Under the pieces are notes generated by a model. It was not told the DNA's origin and did not search any database. It saw nothing but the letters and a program-made list of their open reading frames with translations. A stretch of 64,000 nucleotides of DNA, from NCBI GenBank assembly GCA_963708255.1, contig CAVPSE010000005.1, forward strand, positions 94,062 to 158,061, written 5' to 3'. The DNA comes from an uncultured Thermoplasmata archaeon. Its GTDB lineage: Archaea > Thermoplasmatota > Thermoplasmata > Lutacidiplasmatales > UBA184. The translations under genes and the position numbers were made by a program. Positions 40,276-50,177 of this stretch are shown in pieces (within the stretch, counting starts at the first letter, position 1; every line of letters begins with the position of its first letter).

Positions 40276-41691
40276 ATGTCGATGACACGGACGACCGCGA
40301 TCCTCGTTGCTGTCCTCGCCTTTGGACCGTTCCTATCGGGAGGAGCTGGCCTCGCCGTCGCGTCGGCGACCACCCTCGATGCCCTTCACACACCGCACTC
40401 GTACGCCTCGTTCGGCGCGCCGGCGGGTTCGCCGTTCGCGTTCGTCTCCAACTTCGAGAACCACCTGCTCGGGAACTGGACCGCGACCTCCGGCACGGCG
40501 ACCGTGGTCACCAGCCCGAACTACCTCGGGGAGCCGTCGCTCGGGTCGACGTCGACCGGCGGTACGCCCCAGATCGATCGGGCCTCTTCCGGGTTCGTCG
40601 GGGGGGCCTCGTCGGTCTCCTTCCAGGCGGAGCTGTACTACGCAAGCGGCGGAACCGGCTTCGTCGGTCTCGTCGGCCCCCACGGGTTCGTCGCGGTGGT
40701 CGGGATCGTGCACGGGAGCTCGGTCTACGCGGGCCCGACCATTGCCTCTGCGACGAATCTAGGCCCGATCCCCTCCCGCACCTCGCAACCGGCCGGGTGG
40801 GTCGACCTGATGGCGGTCGTCTCCCTCGTCCCGGGTCCCACGGGCTCGGTGTGGGAGATGCAGGCGTACGTTGATCGGACGGATGTGGTGGCTGGCGCCA
40901 ACCTCAGCGTCCCCTCGGCGGGGGGCTATACAGGGGCGGAGATCCGCACCAACGCGGGCACGGTCGACTTCACGAACCTCGCCTTCTCGACGTACCAGAT
41001 CCCGACGACCATCCCCGGCTACAACAACATGGATGGCTACGGCCAGGGCTCCGGGCTCCTGGTCGCGACCCTGCCGAGGTTCACCACCCTGACGGGCCAG
41101 ATGACCCTCACGAACTGGTCCATCCCTCAGGGTGGCATTCTGAGCTTCCAGATCAACGCCATGAACCGGATCGGTACCACCCAGAACACCTGCTCCGGCT
41201 TCTACCAGCTGGGGATGGACCTCGATCCGGGCGGGCACATCTCCCCCTGGTACGTCCCGAACAACAACTGCGTCGCCTACTACTTCCCGACCCATTCGCC
41301 CCGCGTGAGCTCGGGGTTCTCCACCCCGCCGGGGTCCCGGCTGACCCTTCGGATCGTTGACAACGTCGCCGCGGCCCAGATCGATTTCGAGATCCTCGAC
41401 CACTCGATCACGGGGAAGAACCAGACGAGCTCCGTCTCGATCCCGTACAATGGCTCGGCGTTCGAGGGCGCCTACACCCAGATCGAGTGGCAGCCGTGCT
41501 GCTCCAGCTACCCGATCTCGAGCTACTTCTTCAACGGGTCCCTCGCGGGGCTCACGATCTCGGGTGGGAACCTGACGGGCCCCATGGCCCTGCCGGCCTC
41601 CTACATGCTCCCGTACGCCCTGGACGTCCCGCCCTCGTGGAACTACGGATTCTACAACGTCCCCGCCGCCGGGTACGCCCAGGTCGGCTGA
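40276..41691 (+). CDS. Secreted beta-rich protein, possibly with a thermopsin/glutamic-peptidase-like C-terminal domain
   Basis: Signal peptide, Ser/Thr/Gly-rich, many NxS/T sequons; LSFQINAM...YQLG...TQIEW. Confidence 0.6.
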   Translation: MSMTRTTAILVAVLAFGPFLSGGAGLAVASATTLDALHTPHSYASFGAPAGSPFAFVSNFENHLLGNWTATSGTATVVTSPNYLGEPSLGSTSTGGTPQIDRASSGFVGGASSVSFQAELYYASGGTGFVGLVGPHGFVAVVGIVHGSSVYAGPTIASATNLGPIPSRTSQPAGWVDLMAVVSLVPGPTGSVWEMQAYVDRTDVVAGANLSVPSAGGYTGAEIRTNAGTVDFTNLAFSTYQIPTTIPGYNNMDGYGQGSGLLVATLPRFTTLTGQMTLTNWSIPQGGILSFQINAMNRIGTTQNTCSGFYQLGMDLDPGGHISPWYVPNNNCVAYYFPTHSPRVSSGFSTPPGSRLTLRIVDNVAAAQIDFEILDHSITGKNQTSSVSIPYNGSAFEGAYTQIEWQPCCSSYPISSYFFNGSLAGLTISGGNLTGPMALPASYMLPYALDVPPSWNYGFYNVPAAGYAQVG

Positions 41692-41781
41692 TCGGCCCGG
41701 TCGGCGTCCCTCCCCCCGTCCCTGGAGCGGGCCCCGGTCGACGGTTTCATGGTCCGGGATGCCTCCGGGCGATGATCCACC

Positions 41782-42537
41782 ATGGCCCGCCAGCGTGTCG
41801 TCATCGTCACGGGAGCCTCTTCCGGCATCGGAGAAGCCACGGCGCGGGCCTTGGTGGCCGACGGGACGCATGTGGTCGGGGTCGCCCGACGGAAGGAGCG
41901 GCTCGAGCAGGTCGCCCGGGAGCTGCGGGGGTCGCCCGGTTCGCTCTCCGTCGTCGTTTCCGACATCACGTCCCCCGGGGCCGCGCCGAAGGTGATCGAT
42001 CAGGTCGTGGCCGAGAGCGGGCACGTGGACGGACTCGTCAACAACGCTGGCATCATGCTCCTGGGACCCGTCGAGACCACGGATCCTGACGAATGGGACC
42101 AGATGCTCGAGATCAACGTGCGGGCGGTCCTCCGGATGACCTCCGCCGCGATCCCCCACCTTCTCCGAGCGGCCGGGGAGCCGAACGGCGTCGCTGACAT
42201 CGTGAACATCTCTTCCACCGCCGGGCGGATCGCCCGCCAGGGCGCTGGGGTGTACAATGCGTCCAAGTTCGCCCTCAACGCATTTTCCGAGTCGCTTCGC
42301 CAGGAGCTCGCCCCCCGGTTCGTCCGGGTCTCCCTGGTGGAGCCGGGGCTCGTGGTGACCGAGCTCACGTCCCATATCCGCAACGCCGCCTCCCGGCAAG
42401 CCGCCGACCAATCCCGGGCGGCCATCGCTTCCCTTCAGGCGAACGACGTCGCCCGGGTGGTGGCGTTCATCCTCGCCTCCCCCCGGCACGTCGCGATCAA
42501 CGAGGTGCTGATGCGCCCCACCCAGCAACAGCCCTAG
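41782..42537 (+). CDS. Short-chain dehydrogenase/reductase
   Basis: TGASSGIG, NNAG, YNASK. Confidence 0.92.
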   Translation: MARQRVVIVTGASSGIGEATARALVADGTHVVGVARRKERLEQVARELRGSPGSLSVVVSDITSPGAAPKVIDQVVAESGHVDGLVNNAGIMLLGPVETTDPDEWDQMLEINVRAVLRMTSAAIPHLLRAAGEPNGVADIVNISSTAGRIARQGAGVYNASKFALNAFSESLRQELAPRFVRVSLVEPGLVVTELTSHIRNAASRQAADQSRAAIASLQANDVARVVAFILASPRHVAINEVLMRPTQQQP

Positions 42538-42550
42538 GGGGCCAGCGCCA

Positions 42551-42928
42551 CTAAGCCGAGGGCCCGGGCCCGAGGGTGATGGCGTCCTCCGGGCACGCGA
42601 CGACGCACAGCCCACACGCCCGGCACTCGGCGGCCTTGGGGGTCCGCGCCGTCTTGTGGCCGTGGCGGATCGCCTTGAGCTTCCCCATGAGGAGCATGTC
42701 CTCGAACTCGGCGGTCGTGAGCGTTCCCAGCTCGAAGACGCCGTACGGGCAGACGTCGACGCACTCCTTCTTTCCCTCGCACTTGGTCCGATCGATGACG
42801 GGGACCCATTTGCCGGCAGGGGCGAGGCAGTTCTCGCCGGTGCGCGCCGGGTCAACTGCGGCGCGCCGAGCCTTGTCCGGGTTCAGCGAGCCGGGGGGGA
42901 TGTTGGCGAGCGGGTTCGAGGCGACCAT
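42551..42928 (-). CDS. 4Fe-4S ferredoxin family protein
   Basis: CEGKKECVDVCP and CRACGLCVVACP. TTAAG element about 28 nt upstream. Confidence 0.8.
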   Translation of the reverse strand: MVASNPLANIPPGSLNPDKARRAAVDPARTGENCLAPAGKWVPVIDRTKCEGKKECVDVCPYGVFELGTLTTAEFEDMLLMGKLKAIRHGHKTARTPKAAECRACGLCVVACPEDAITLGPGPSA

Positions 42929-43108
42929 CGGCGTGCCCTGCGAGGACCCCCCCGGCTTAACGATACCGCCTTCCCGTTCCGGCGGGGTGCTCGCCCCGCT
43001 GGGCGTGCCTTCGAGGGGCGATCGGTGGGTGGCGGTGGCCAAAACGTAGCGCTCCGTGCTGGAAAGGATTCATAACTCGGGAACGAACGTTCACAGTTCA
43101 GGTCGCAC

Positions 43109-43828
43109 GTGCCGGTGCTTCTCACCAGCGTCGCGGATCTTCCGGTCGGATCCCACTGCCTGGGCCTCCACGCCAGCATCGACGAGTCCGCGGACCACGC
43201 GGTCGAGTTCCTCGCGGGGGCCCCCGAGGGCCAGGCGGCCGCGTACTGGGTCGCCGACAGCGCCTTGCAGAGCTACTACCAAGACAAGCTCTCCCAGTGG
43301 GCCCCCGAGCAGGTAGGGTGCGTTATGGTCCTCGCGGGAGAACAGGTCCACCCGGTCGAGGGGCGACTCAGGCCCGTGGAGGAGGTCAAGGAGTTCGTCT
43401 CCCAACACCCCGAAGGGGTGACGGGGGGAGGAGAGACCCTCAGCCTCTACTGGACGCCCGATACCGTCCCCGACCACCTGGAGTACGAGTCCTGGTTCGA
43501 TCAGCAGCCCCGGGAGAACTCCCGGTTCCTCTGCCCGTACGATCTTCGTCTGGTCCCTGTCCCCGACGCACCGGAGATCCTTCGGGAGCTCGGTCGCCAC
43601 CACTCCCATGTGGTCCTCTCCCCCTCCGCGGAGCCCGCGGTCCGACTGCTGCAGCTGTTCGTCTTCGAGACCGCGACCGACGTTCCGGCCGCTCTGGCGG
43701 AGACCCTCGAGTGGGCGGTAAAGGAGGGGTTCGTCCGGACCGACGGGCCGAAGGGGGAGATGGTGCTCACGTCCGTCGGGAACGATATCGTCGACGCCTG
43801 GGCCGGCGTCACGTCGATCGACTGGTAG
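43109..43828 (+). CDS. MEDS-like sensory domain protein with a possible C-terminal wHTH
   Basis: GSHCLGL, LEYESWFD, FLCPYD, HSHV. Confidence 0.7.
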   Translation: MPVLLTSVADLPVGSHCLGLHASIDESADHAVEFLAGAPEGQAAAYWVADSALQSYYQDKLSQWAPEQVGCVMVLAGEQVHPVEGRLRPVEEVKEFVSQHPEGVTGGGETLSLYWTPDTVPDHLEYESWFDQQPRENSRFLCPYDLRLVPVPDAPEILRELGRHHSHVVLSPSAEPAVRLLQLFVFETATDVPAALAETLEWAVKEGFVRTDGPKGEMVLTSVGNDIVDAWAGVTSIDW

Positions 43829-44107
43829 ATCCCCGGCGCGGTTCCTCCAGGCAGGGGAGAGCGCCGGATCGCAATGACCCGGTCGAGCGGGCGGGACCCG
43901 TGGACCGGGGGGCCGCCCCGGCTCCGCGATCTGACCCAGGTGAACCGGGAGCCGATCCAAGGCGGTGGCGCTCCGGATCATGCCTATCGAGGGAGGCGCA
44001 GGGGAGCCACCGGAACCACTCGGGGGAGGGCGGATCAACTTCACGCGGTGCCGGCCCCGAGAGAGACCTCTGCCGAGGTCAGTGGGTCGGGAAGGGGGCC
44101 CACTGCC

Positions 44108-44224
44108 TCACCTGGAAGGGGGAGGCGGGCAGGTCGGGCAGCACGGATCTCCCACCGAGCAGCACGCGCAGCACTTGCAGCACGCCGAGCAGTCACAGCA
44201 GGCGCAACTCACCGGGAGCGGCAT
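44108..44224 (-). CDS. 38-aa Cys-rich metallothionein-like peptide
   Basis: MPLPVSCACCDCSACCKCCACCSVGDPCCPTCPPPPSR (13 Cys). TTTATT box about 25 nt upstream of the ATG. Confidence 0.7.
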   Translation of the reverse strand: MPLPVSCACCDCSACCKCCACCSVGDPCCPTCPPPPSR

Positions 44225-44264
44225 CGCGGAGAGCATCGGAGCGGGGCCAATAAACCCGATGGCG

Positions 44265-44795
44265 TTACGACGCGGGCGAAAGGGTTCGTCTCCCGACGTT
44301 GACCCTCAGCGACCGTTGGCTACCAGGTCGATACTCGGAACCGACCTGCTCCGCGAGGAGAGATCCGAGCTTCCGGCAGATGGCGTTCGACGGGTGGTTG
44401 TCCACCGCGGGAAATGCGAGAGCGATCCGGCGGGCCGGAAGCTTCGATAGCATGTCCGGGACGAGCCGCATCGCCGCTGTCGCGACCCCGCGCCCCTGCT
44501 GTTCCGGGAGGACGAACCAGCCTACCTCCCACCCCGGTTCCCCCTGCCACTCGCATTCCCAATATCCAACATTGCTGGCGGGGGTCCGGGGATCGCCCAC
44601 CAAAATGGTGAGCTCACATCCAGCACGTGGATCGGCCGACATGGCCAGGAACATCGCGGGGCGTTTCTGGATCCGGTCCTCACTTTCCGGCCCGTTGAGG
44701 TAGATCATCTGGGCGGGGTCGCCGAGGGTCCTATGGACCAGCCAGAGGTCCCCATCCGCGCACGGCCGGACCGAGGCCTCGGCATCCGAGTCCAT
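44265..44795 (-). CDS. RimJ/RimL-like GNAT acetyltransferase
   Basis: WEVGWFVLPEQQGRGVA, AFPAVDNHPSNAICRKLG. Confidence 0.75.
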   Translation of the reverse strand: MDSDAEASVRPCADGDLWLVHRTLGDPAQMIYLNGPESEDRIQKRPAMFLAMSADPRAGCELTILVGDPRTPASNVGYWECEWQGEPGWEVGWFVLPEQQGRGVATAAMRLVPDMLSKLPARRIALAFPAVDNHPSNAICRKLGSLLAEQVGSEYRPGSQRSLRVNVGRRTLSPAS

Positions 44796-45024
44796 GGGTC
44801 CCTTGGACCGACAGGGGCGGATCGTCAAGGCGCACCGCATGCCGAGCAGCCCTCTGGATCTCGAGGGACGATCGCCCACGCGACGACCGCGTCGTAGGCT
44901 CGACGGGATCGACCCCGCGGTAACGTCCCTGTTCCTCTCGACGTCAACGTTTAAGTAGCAATTCCCGAGATGGTCCGCCAGAGCGTATGACGCTCGTCTG
45001 ACAAACGGGAGCGGAGAACGACCA

Positions 45025-46155
45025 ATGAAATCCATCATTCAGGAAGCGATCGCGAAGCACCAAGAGAACCAGTCTTTGACTGAGGAGAAGAAGGCCGCTC
45101 CCGGCTACACAAGCGCCGACGACGCGGAGCTGGCGAAGCTGGCGGAGACGCTGAAGGTCAACATCCGGATCGTCGGATGTGGCGGCGGCGGCTCCAACAC
45201 CATCAACCGGTGCGTGGAGGAAGGGATCCAGGGCGCCGAGATGTGCGCCATCAACACCGACGCGAAGCACCTGCTCACCATCCACGCTCCCCGCAAGATC
45301 CTCATCGGCCGCCGGGCCACGAAGGGCCTCGGCGCCGGCGCCCGCCCCGAGATCGGCGAAGAGGCGGCCCGGGAGAACGAGGAGGAGCTGCGGGCGTTCC
45401 TCAATGGCGCCCACATCGTCTTCATCACCGCGGGGATGGGCGGCGGTACCGGCACCGGCTCCGCGCACCTCGTCGCTCGCCTGGCCAAGGAATGCGGCGC
45501 CCTCACGATGGGCGTCGTCACGCTCCCGTTCGCCGGCGAGGGCGCCGCGCGGATGGAGCAGGCCCGGGACGGCCTGGAGCGCCTCCGCCGGGTCTGTGAC
45601 ACCACCATCGTCATCCAGAACGACAAGCTCCTCGAGCTCGTCCCGAGGATGCCCCTCGACTCCGCCTTCAAGCTCGCGGACGCGTGTTTGATGACGGCGA
45701 TCAAGGGCATCACCGAGATCGTCACGCGCCCGGGCCTCGTGAACCTCGACTACGCCGACATCCTGACCGTCATGAAGGACGGCGGGGTCGCCCTGATCGG
45801 GCTCGGCGAGAGCGAGAGTGCCACCGATCGGGTCACGGAAGCGGTCACCGAAGCCCTCACCTCCCCCCTGCTGGGCAGCGTCGAGCTGACCGGCGCGACC
45901 GGGGCCCTCGTCCGGGTCATCGGCGGACCGACCATGACGGTCTCCGAGGCGGAGAAGGCCGCAGCCCTCGTCGGTGCCAAGATCTCCAAGCGGGCCCGGA
46001 TCATCTGGGGCTGCTCGGTCGAGAACTCGCCGGACATGGAGAACACCATCAAGGTGCTCCTCATCATCACCGGCGTACGGGCCACGAGCCTGCTCGGCCA
46101 GAAGGGAGGCTACGCCGCTGGCGAGTCCGAGGAAGTCATCGACCTCGTCCGCTGA
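45025..46155 (+). CDS. ftsZ: Cell division protein FtsZ
   Basis: GCGGGGSN, AINTD, GMGGGTGTG, VNLDYAD. TTTAAGTA promoter near 44950. Confidence 0.97.
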   Translation: MKSIIQEAIAKHQENQSLTEEKKAAPGYTSADDAELAKLAETLKVNIRIVGCGGGGSNTINRCVEEGIQGAEMCAINTDAKHLLTIHAPRKILIGRRATKGLGAGARPEIGEEAARENEEELRAFLNGAHIVFITAGMGGGTGTGSAHLVARLAKECGALTMGVVTLPFAGEGAARMEQARDGLERLRRVCDTTIVIQNDKLLELVPRMPLDSAFKLADACLMTAIKGITEIVTRPGLVNLDYADILTVMKDGGVALIGLGESESATDRVTEAVTEALTSPLLGSVELTGATGALVRVIGGPTMTVSEAEKAAALVGAKISKRARIIWGCSVENSPDMENTIKVLLIITGVRATSLLGQKGGYAAGESEEVIDLVR

Positions 46156-46159
46156 AGCT

Positions 46160-46498
46160 GCTCCCGCTCGCCCCCGCTACCTCGCGGTCGAGGTCGCGGG
46201 GGACCAACCTATTCCATCGCCCCGTTTCGAGATCGAACTGCGCCGTCGACTGACGGAAACCTGCGGCCCGGACCCCCTGTTCAAGGTCGTGCGGTTCGAC
46301 GGCTCGCGTGGGCTCGTACGGATCGGGCATCGGACCGTACCCTCGGCCCGTCAGGCCTGGAACGCACCCCCTGGGGTTGGTCTGCCGATCCGAACGCTCC
46401 GGAGCTACGGCACCCTTCGGAAAGGCAAGCTCTGGATGCGTTCGACGGACCGTCGCAGCGAAGGGGGGCCCATCGCTCCCGACCGGGGCTATAAATAA
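46160..46498 (+). CDS. RNase P subunit Pop5/Rpp14-like protein (start not resolved)
   Basis: RPRYLAVEV...GLVRI...IRTLRSYGTLRKGK matches the Pop5 'RxRY...SGTIKK' pattern. Confidence 0.6.
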   Translation, partial: APARPRYLAVEVAGDQPIPSPRFEIELRRRLTETCGPDPLFKVVRFDGSRGLVRIGHRTVPSARQAWNAPPGVGLPIRTLRSYGTLRKGKLWMRSTDRRSEGGPIAPDRGYK

Positions 46499-46530
46499 CG
46501 GGTCCGGGCGTATTTCATCTGGTCCTCTCG

Positions 46531-48067
46531 ATGGTACGATTCCGCACGATCCGTCAGAGGCGCCACCGGGCCCGCAAGGGCCAGGTCGCCGCCGTGGCCA
46601 CGATCCTCGGCCTGCTCCTCGTCGTGACGTTCCTCGCGAACTTCCTCACCGATGTCCTTCCGGGGCAGGTGGAAGGCGCCGAGCTCTCCCACGTCCTCGC
46701 GGTCGAGAACCAGGTGGAGCGACTGCAGGCGATCCTGATCGCGGAAGCGAAGCACGCCGCCGTGGGGGCGGAGCTCTCCACGCCCATCACTCTCGGCTCC
46801 GCCGCGGTGCCCCCGTTCGGCCCTGCCTCCTCGGGGTCGGTCGGACTGGAGGCGAACCCCATCGGGACCCAGACCTCCTACGCCGTGTCGAACGTCTTCT
46901 CGGCCCCCCCGAACTGGAACGCCGGGTCGTCGTGCATCACCGGGGGCTCCGGTCATTGCGCCGGGAACGGCAATATCGACACGTGGAACATAACGAACCT
47001 GAACCATTCGACGTTCACCGTGACGGTCAACGGGAACAGCAACAGCTTGGGCTACAACATCTCCGGCAACAACGACACCGTCAACGTCGACTGGACGGGC
47101 GGGGATACGGGGTTCGTCGACCTCATCATCAACGGCTCCAACGATGTGGTCAACTACAACAAGGGCGGGTCGGACACCACCACCCCGACCGCCCAGTTCG
47201 AGTTCTTCGGCGAGCACGATACGTTCAACTTCAATCCGTCGGGATCCCACTCGGCGAAGGGTGGGATGTTCGTCAACGTGGACTTCATCGGGAACATCAA
47301 CCAGCTCTGCCCGAGCGGGAACGACTCCCAGACCGACAAGGCTGGGACGCTCTCGAGCGGGGGCAGCAACCTCCTCATGACGTTCACCTGGTGGAACGCG
47401 CTCGACTACTTCTCCGGCCCCACGGCCCAGACGTACCCGGGCGGCGGCGGCTCCAACGAGACGATCGAGTGGAGCAACCAGAGCGCCCCCCACGGGTGCG
47501 CGTTCACCCGAAGCTACACCTCCCACTACACGACATCGGTACTCCTCCGGCCTCGAGGCCCAGCTCTACAATCGTGTGCTTCCCCAGACCACCGTCGCAT
47601 TCGACCAGGGGGCCGTGATCGAGCAGCAGCTCGGAGGGTCTCCGATCATGGCCGACCCCCCGCCGTTCTCGTTCTCCCAGTCGTTCGGGAAACCGACCGC
47701 CGACATCACCCTGGTCGGCTTCGTCGGGAACGCCGGCCAGGAGGTAGGGATCGAGACCGCGGACATCGTGGCGACCGTCCTATCGGTCCGGACGGCGACC
47801 CTGGTCGCCAACACGGGGATCGGGAGCCTCACCTCCCTCCTGTACCTCAACATCACCACCCAGTTCCCCGCTGCGTGGATGAACTACTTCATCGCCCAGA
47901 GCGCGGGGTTCCCACCCTGGGGCGGTGTGTGCACGCCACTCGCCCCGATCGCGGCCCCCTACTCATGCCTCAACCCGCCCCCGGGGGTCGCCGTCACCGT
48001 CTCGGCACCGTTGTTCGCGCAGGTGGTCACGATCACCACCGTGATCGTGTCGCTCTCGATCGCGTGA
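46531..48067 (+). CDS. Large pilin/archaellin-like surface protein with a class III signal peptide, frameshift near 47540
   Basis: Basic leader RRHRARKG|QVAAVATILGLLLVV; Asn/Gly-rich beta repeats (NGNSN, SGNND, NGSND). Confidence 0.7.
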
Positions 48068-48197
48068 TCTCCGGGCCCTGAGATCCGGCGCCGGTGAAGC
48101 GAGACTCGGAACGCCGTCCCACCGATGCGCCGGGGCTTCGGAACACCGCTCCGCACGGCTTATCTTCCGGTCTACCTCCCATTGGGGGGTACGGAGC

Positions 48198-49763
48198 GTG
48201 GCCTCGGGCGACGACCGGCCGGTTCCGATACGACGCGCCCTCCTTTCGGTCGATGACAAGACCGGCCTCGACGAGCTGGCCCGCCGATTGACCCGTCACT
48301 CCGTCCAGATCTGGGCTACCGAGGGGACCCGTCTGGCGCTCGCCTCCTCGGGCGTGCCCACGCAGCCGGCCGAACAGCTGACCGGGATCGGCGCCTGGTT
48401 CGGGGGTCGGATCAAGACCCTTCACCCCGGCATCCTCGGAGGGATCCTGGCCCCCGGGACCCCGGAGGGTGAGCGGGAGCTCGCGGTCCGTGGCCTTCAT
48501 CGGATCGACCTCGTCGTGGTCAACTTCTACCCCTTCGAGCGACGCCTGGCGGCGGGGGCGGACCGGACCAGCCTCATCGAAGCGATCGACATCGGCGGGG
48601 TCACCCTAGCGAGGGCGGCGGCGAAGAACCATGCCGTGGTGACCGTCGTGACCGACCCCACGGAGTACAAGGACCTCGGCCAGGCCCTGGAGGACCACCA
48701 GGGTTCGGTCCCTGCTGAGTTGCGCGCCCGACTGGCGGCCGCGGCGTTCCAGAGGACGTCTGAATACGACCGACGGATCACGAGCGCCCTGGGGGGTGCC
48801 GCGGACGCCGGACCGTTCCCCCCTCAGGTCGGTTTTGACCGGGAATCGATCTCACTACGGTACGGGGAAAACCCCCACCAGAAGGCGGCCGTCTACCGGT
48901 ACCGGGCCGCGGGATACTCATCGATGGAGCCCGCCCCGTTCCAGCTCCTCAAGGGGGAGTCCCTCTCCTTCACCAACCTCCTCGATCTCGAGACCGCCCT
49001 GGGGATCGTCTCCGAGTTCCCAGACCCGACCGCCGCCGTCGTGAAACACGCCACGCCCTGCGGCGTCGCCTCCGGCCCGACCGCCCGCGAGGCCCTCCAA
49101 GGGGCCGTGGCCACGGATCCCGTCGCCCGGTACGGCTGCGCCATCGCGCTCAACCGTCCCCTGGAGGCCGCGGACCTGGGGGCGCTGCATGGTATCTTCG
49201 TCGATCTCATCGCGGCCCCCTCGGTGGACCCGACCGCCCTCGAGCTGTTGGCGAAGCGCACGAAGATCAAGGTGGTCCAGGTCGCGCCTCCCGACCCGGA
49301 ACGTCCCCGTTGGGAGGCGCACAGTGCCCTGGGCCGGCTCCTGTTGCAGGAGGCGGATCGACGCCAGCTGGCCCCCGGGGACTTCCGGGCCGTCACGACC
49401 CGGACCGCCACGCCGGTGCAGGCGTGCGCCCTCGACTTCGCCTGGCGCGTGGTCCGCCACGCGAAATCCAACGCGGTGGTGCTTGCCCAGGGCTCCAAGG
49501 CCGTCGGGATCGGCGGTGGCCAGCCGACACGGGTCAAGGCGGTCGAGCTCGCGGTCCAGGTGGCAGGGGATCGGGCCCGGGGGGCGGTCCTCGCCTCGGA
49601 CGCGTTCTTCCCGTTCGCGGACGGGGTCGACGCCGCCGGGAACGCGGGGATCAGCGCGATCATCCAGCCCGGCGGGAGCGTCCGGGACCCGGAGGTCATC
49701 GCCGCGGCGGAGCGGCATCAGATCGCGATGTACATGACGGGCTGGCGCGTCTTCCGCCACTAG
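48198..49763 (+). CDS. purH: Bifunctional AICAR transformylase/IMP cyclohydrolase
   Basis: RALLSVDDKTG, GRIKTLHP, IDIGG, LRYGENPHQ, KHATPCG, ASDAFFPF, RVFRH. Confidence 0.95.
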   Translation: MASGDDRPVPIRRALLSVDDKTGLDELARRLTRHSVQIWATEGTRLALASSGVPTQPAEQLTGIGAWFGGRIKTLHPGILGGILAPGTPEGERELAVRGLHRIDLVVVNFYPFERRLAAGADRTSLIEAIDIGGVTLARAAAKNHAVVTVVTDPTEYKDLGQALEDHQGSVPAELRARLAAAAFQRTSEYDRRITSALGGAADAGPFPPQVGFDRESISLRYGENPHQKAAVYRYRAAGYSSMEPAPFQLLKGESLSFTNLLDLETALGIVSEFPDPTAAVVKHATPCGVASGPTAREALQGAVATDPVARYGCAIALNRPLEAADLGALHGIFVDLIAAPSVDPTALELLAKRTKIKVVQVAPPDPERPRWEAHSALGRLLLQEADRRQLAPGDFRAVTTRTATPVQACALDFAWRVVRHAKSNAVVLAQGSKAVGIGGGQPTRVKAVELAVQVAGDRARGAVLASDAFFPFADGVDAAGNAGISAIIQPGGSVRDPEVIAAAERHQIAMYMTGWRVFRH

Positions 49764-50122
49764 GCGGCGTCGGGCCGGTTCAGGCGAACGAGAAGTACCC
49801 GCTGGAGGATCGTGCGGAACTCGCTCGACCCGACGGCCCCGATCTCGCGGCCCTTCTCCCGGCCACGCTCCACGAACAGGTAGGTGGGGACGGAGTGGAT
49901 GCCGAAGGAGCGGGTGACCCCGTCGGACTCGTCGACGTTCACCTTCGCGAACTTCACTCGGCCGGCGAGCCGGCTCGACAGCTCCTCGAGGACCGGGTCC
50001 GCGCTTCGGCACGGCGCGCACCAGTCCGCGTAGAAGTCGACGACGACCGGCAAGGTGGACCGGATGACCTCCTGCTCGAACGTTTCGTCGGTGACAAGGA
50101 CGAGGTGGGATAGCTCAGTCAT
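49760..50122 (-). CDS. trxA: Thioredoxin
   Basis: VDFYADWCAPC, KVNVDE, SVPT. Confidence 0.9.
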   Translation of the reverse strand: MTELSHLVLVTDETFEQEVIRSTLPVVVDFYADWCAPCRSADPVLEELSSRLAGRVKFAKVNVDESDGVTRSFGIHSVPTYLFVERGREKGREIGAVGSSEFRTILQRVLLVRLNRPDAA

Positions 50123-50177
50123 CCGGGAGCTTCGACCTCGACGGGCCTTTTAACGATATGGCTCGTGCGGACGCCAC

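Noticed and set aside
44965-45020. Possible fluoride riboswitch in the ftsZ leader (GATGGTCCGCC...)
   Set aside because: It lacks the rest of the crcB consensus; only a short hairpin GAGCGT/ACGCTC is present, and the gene context does not fit.
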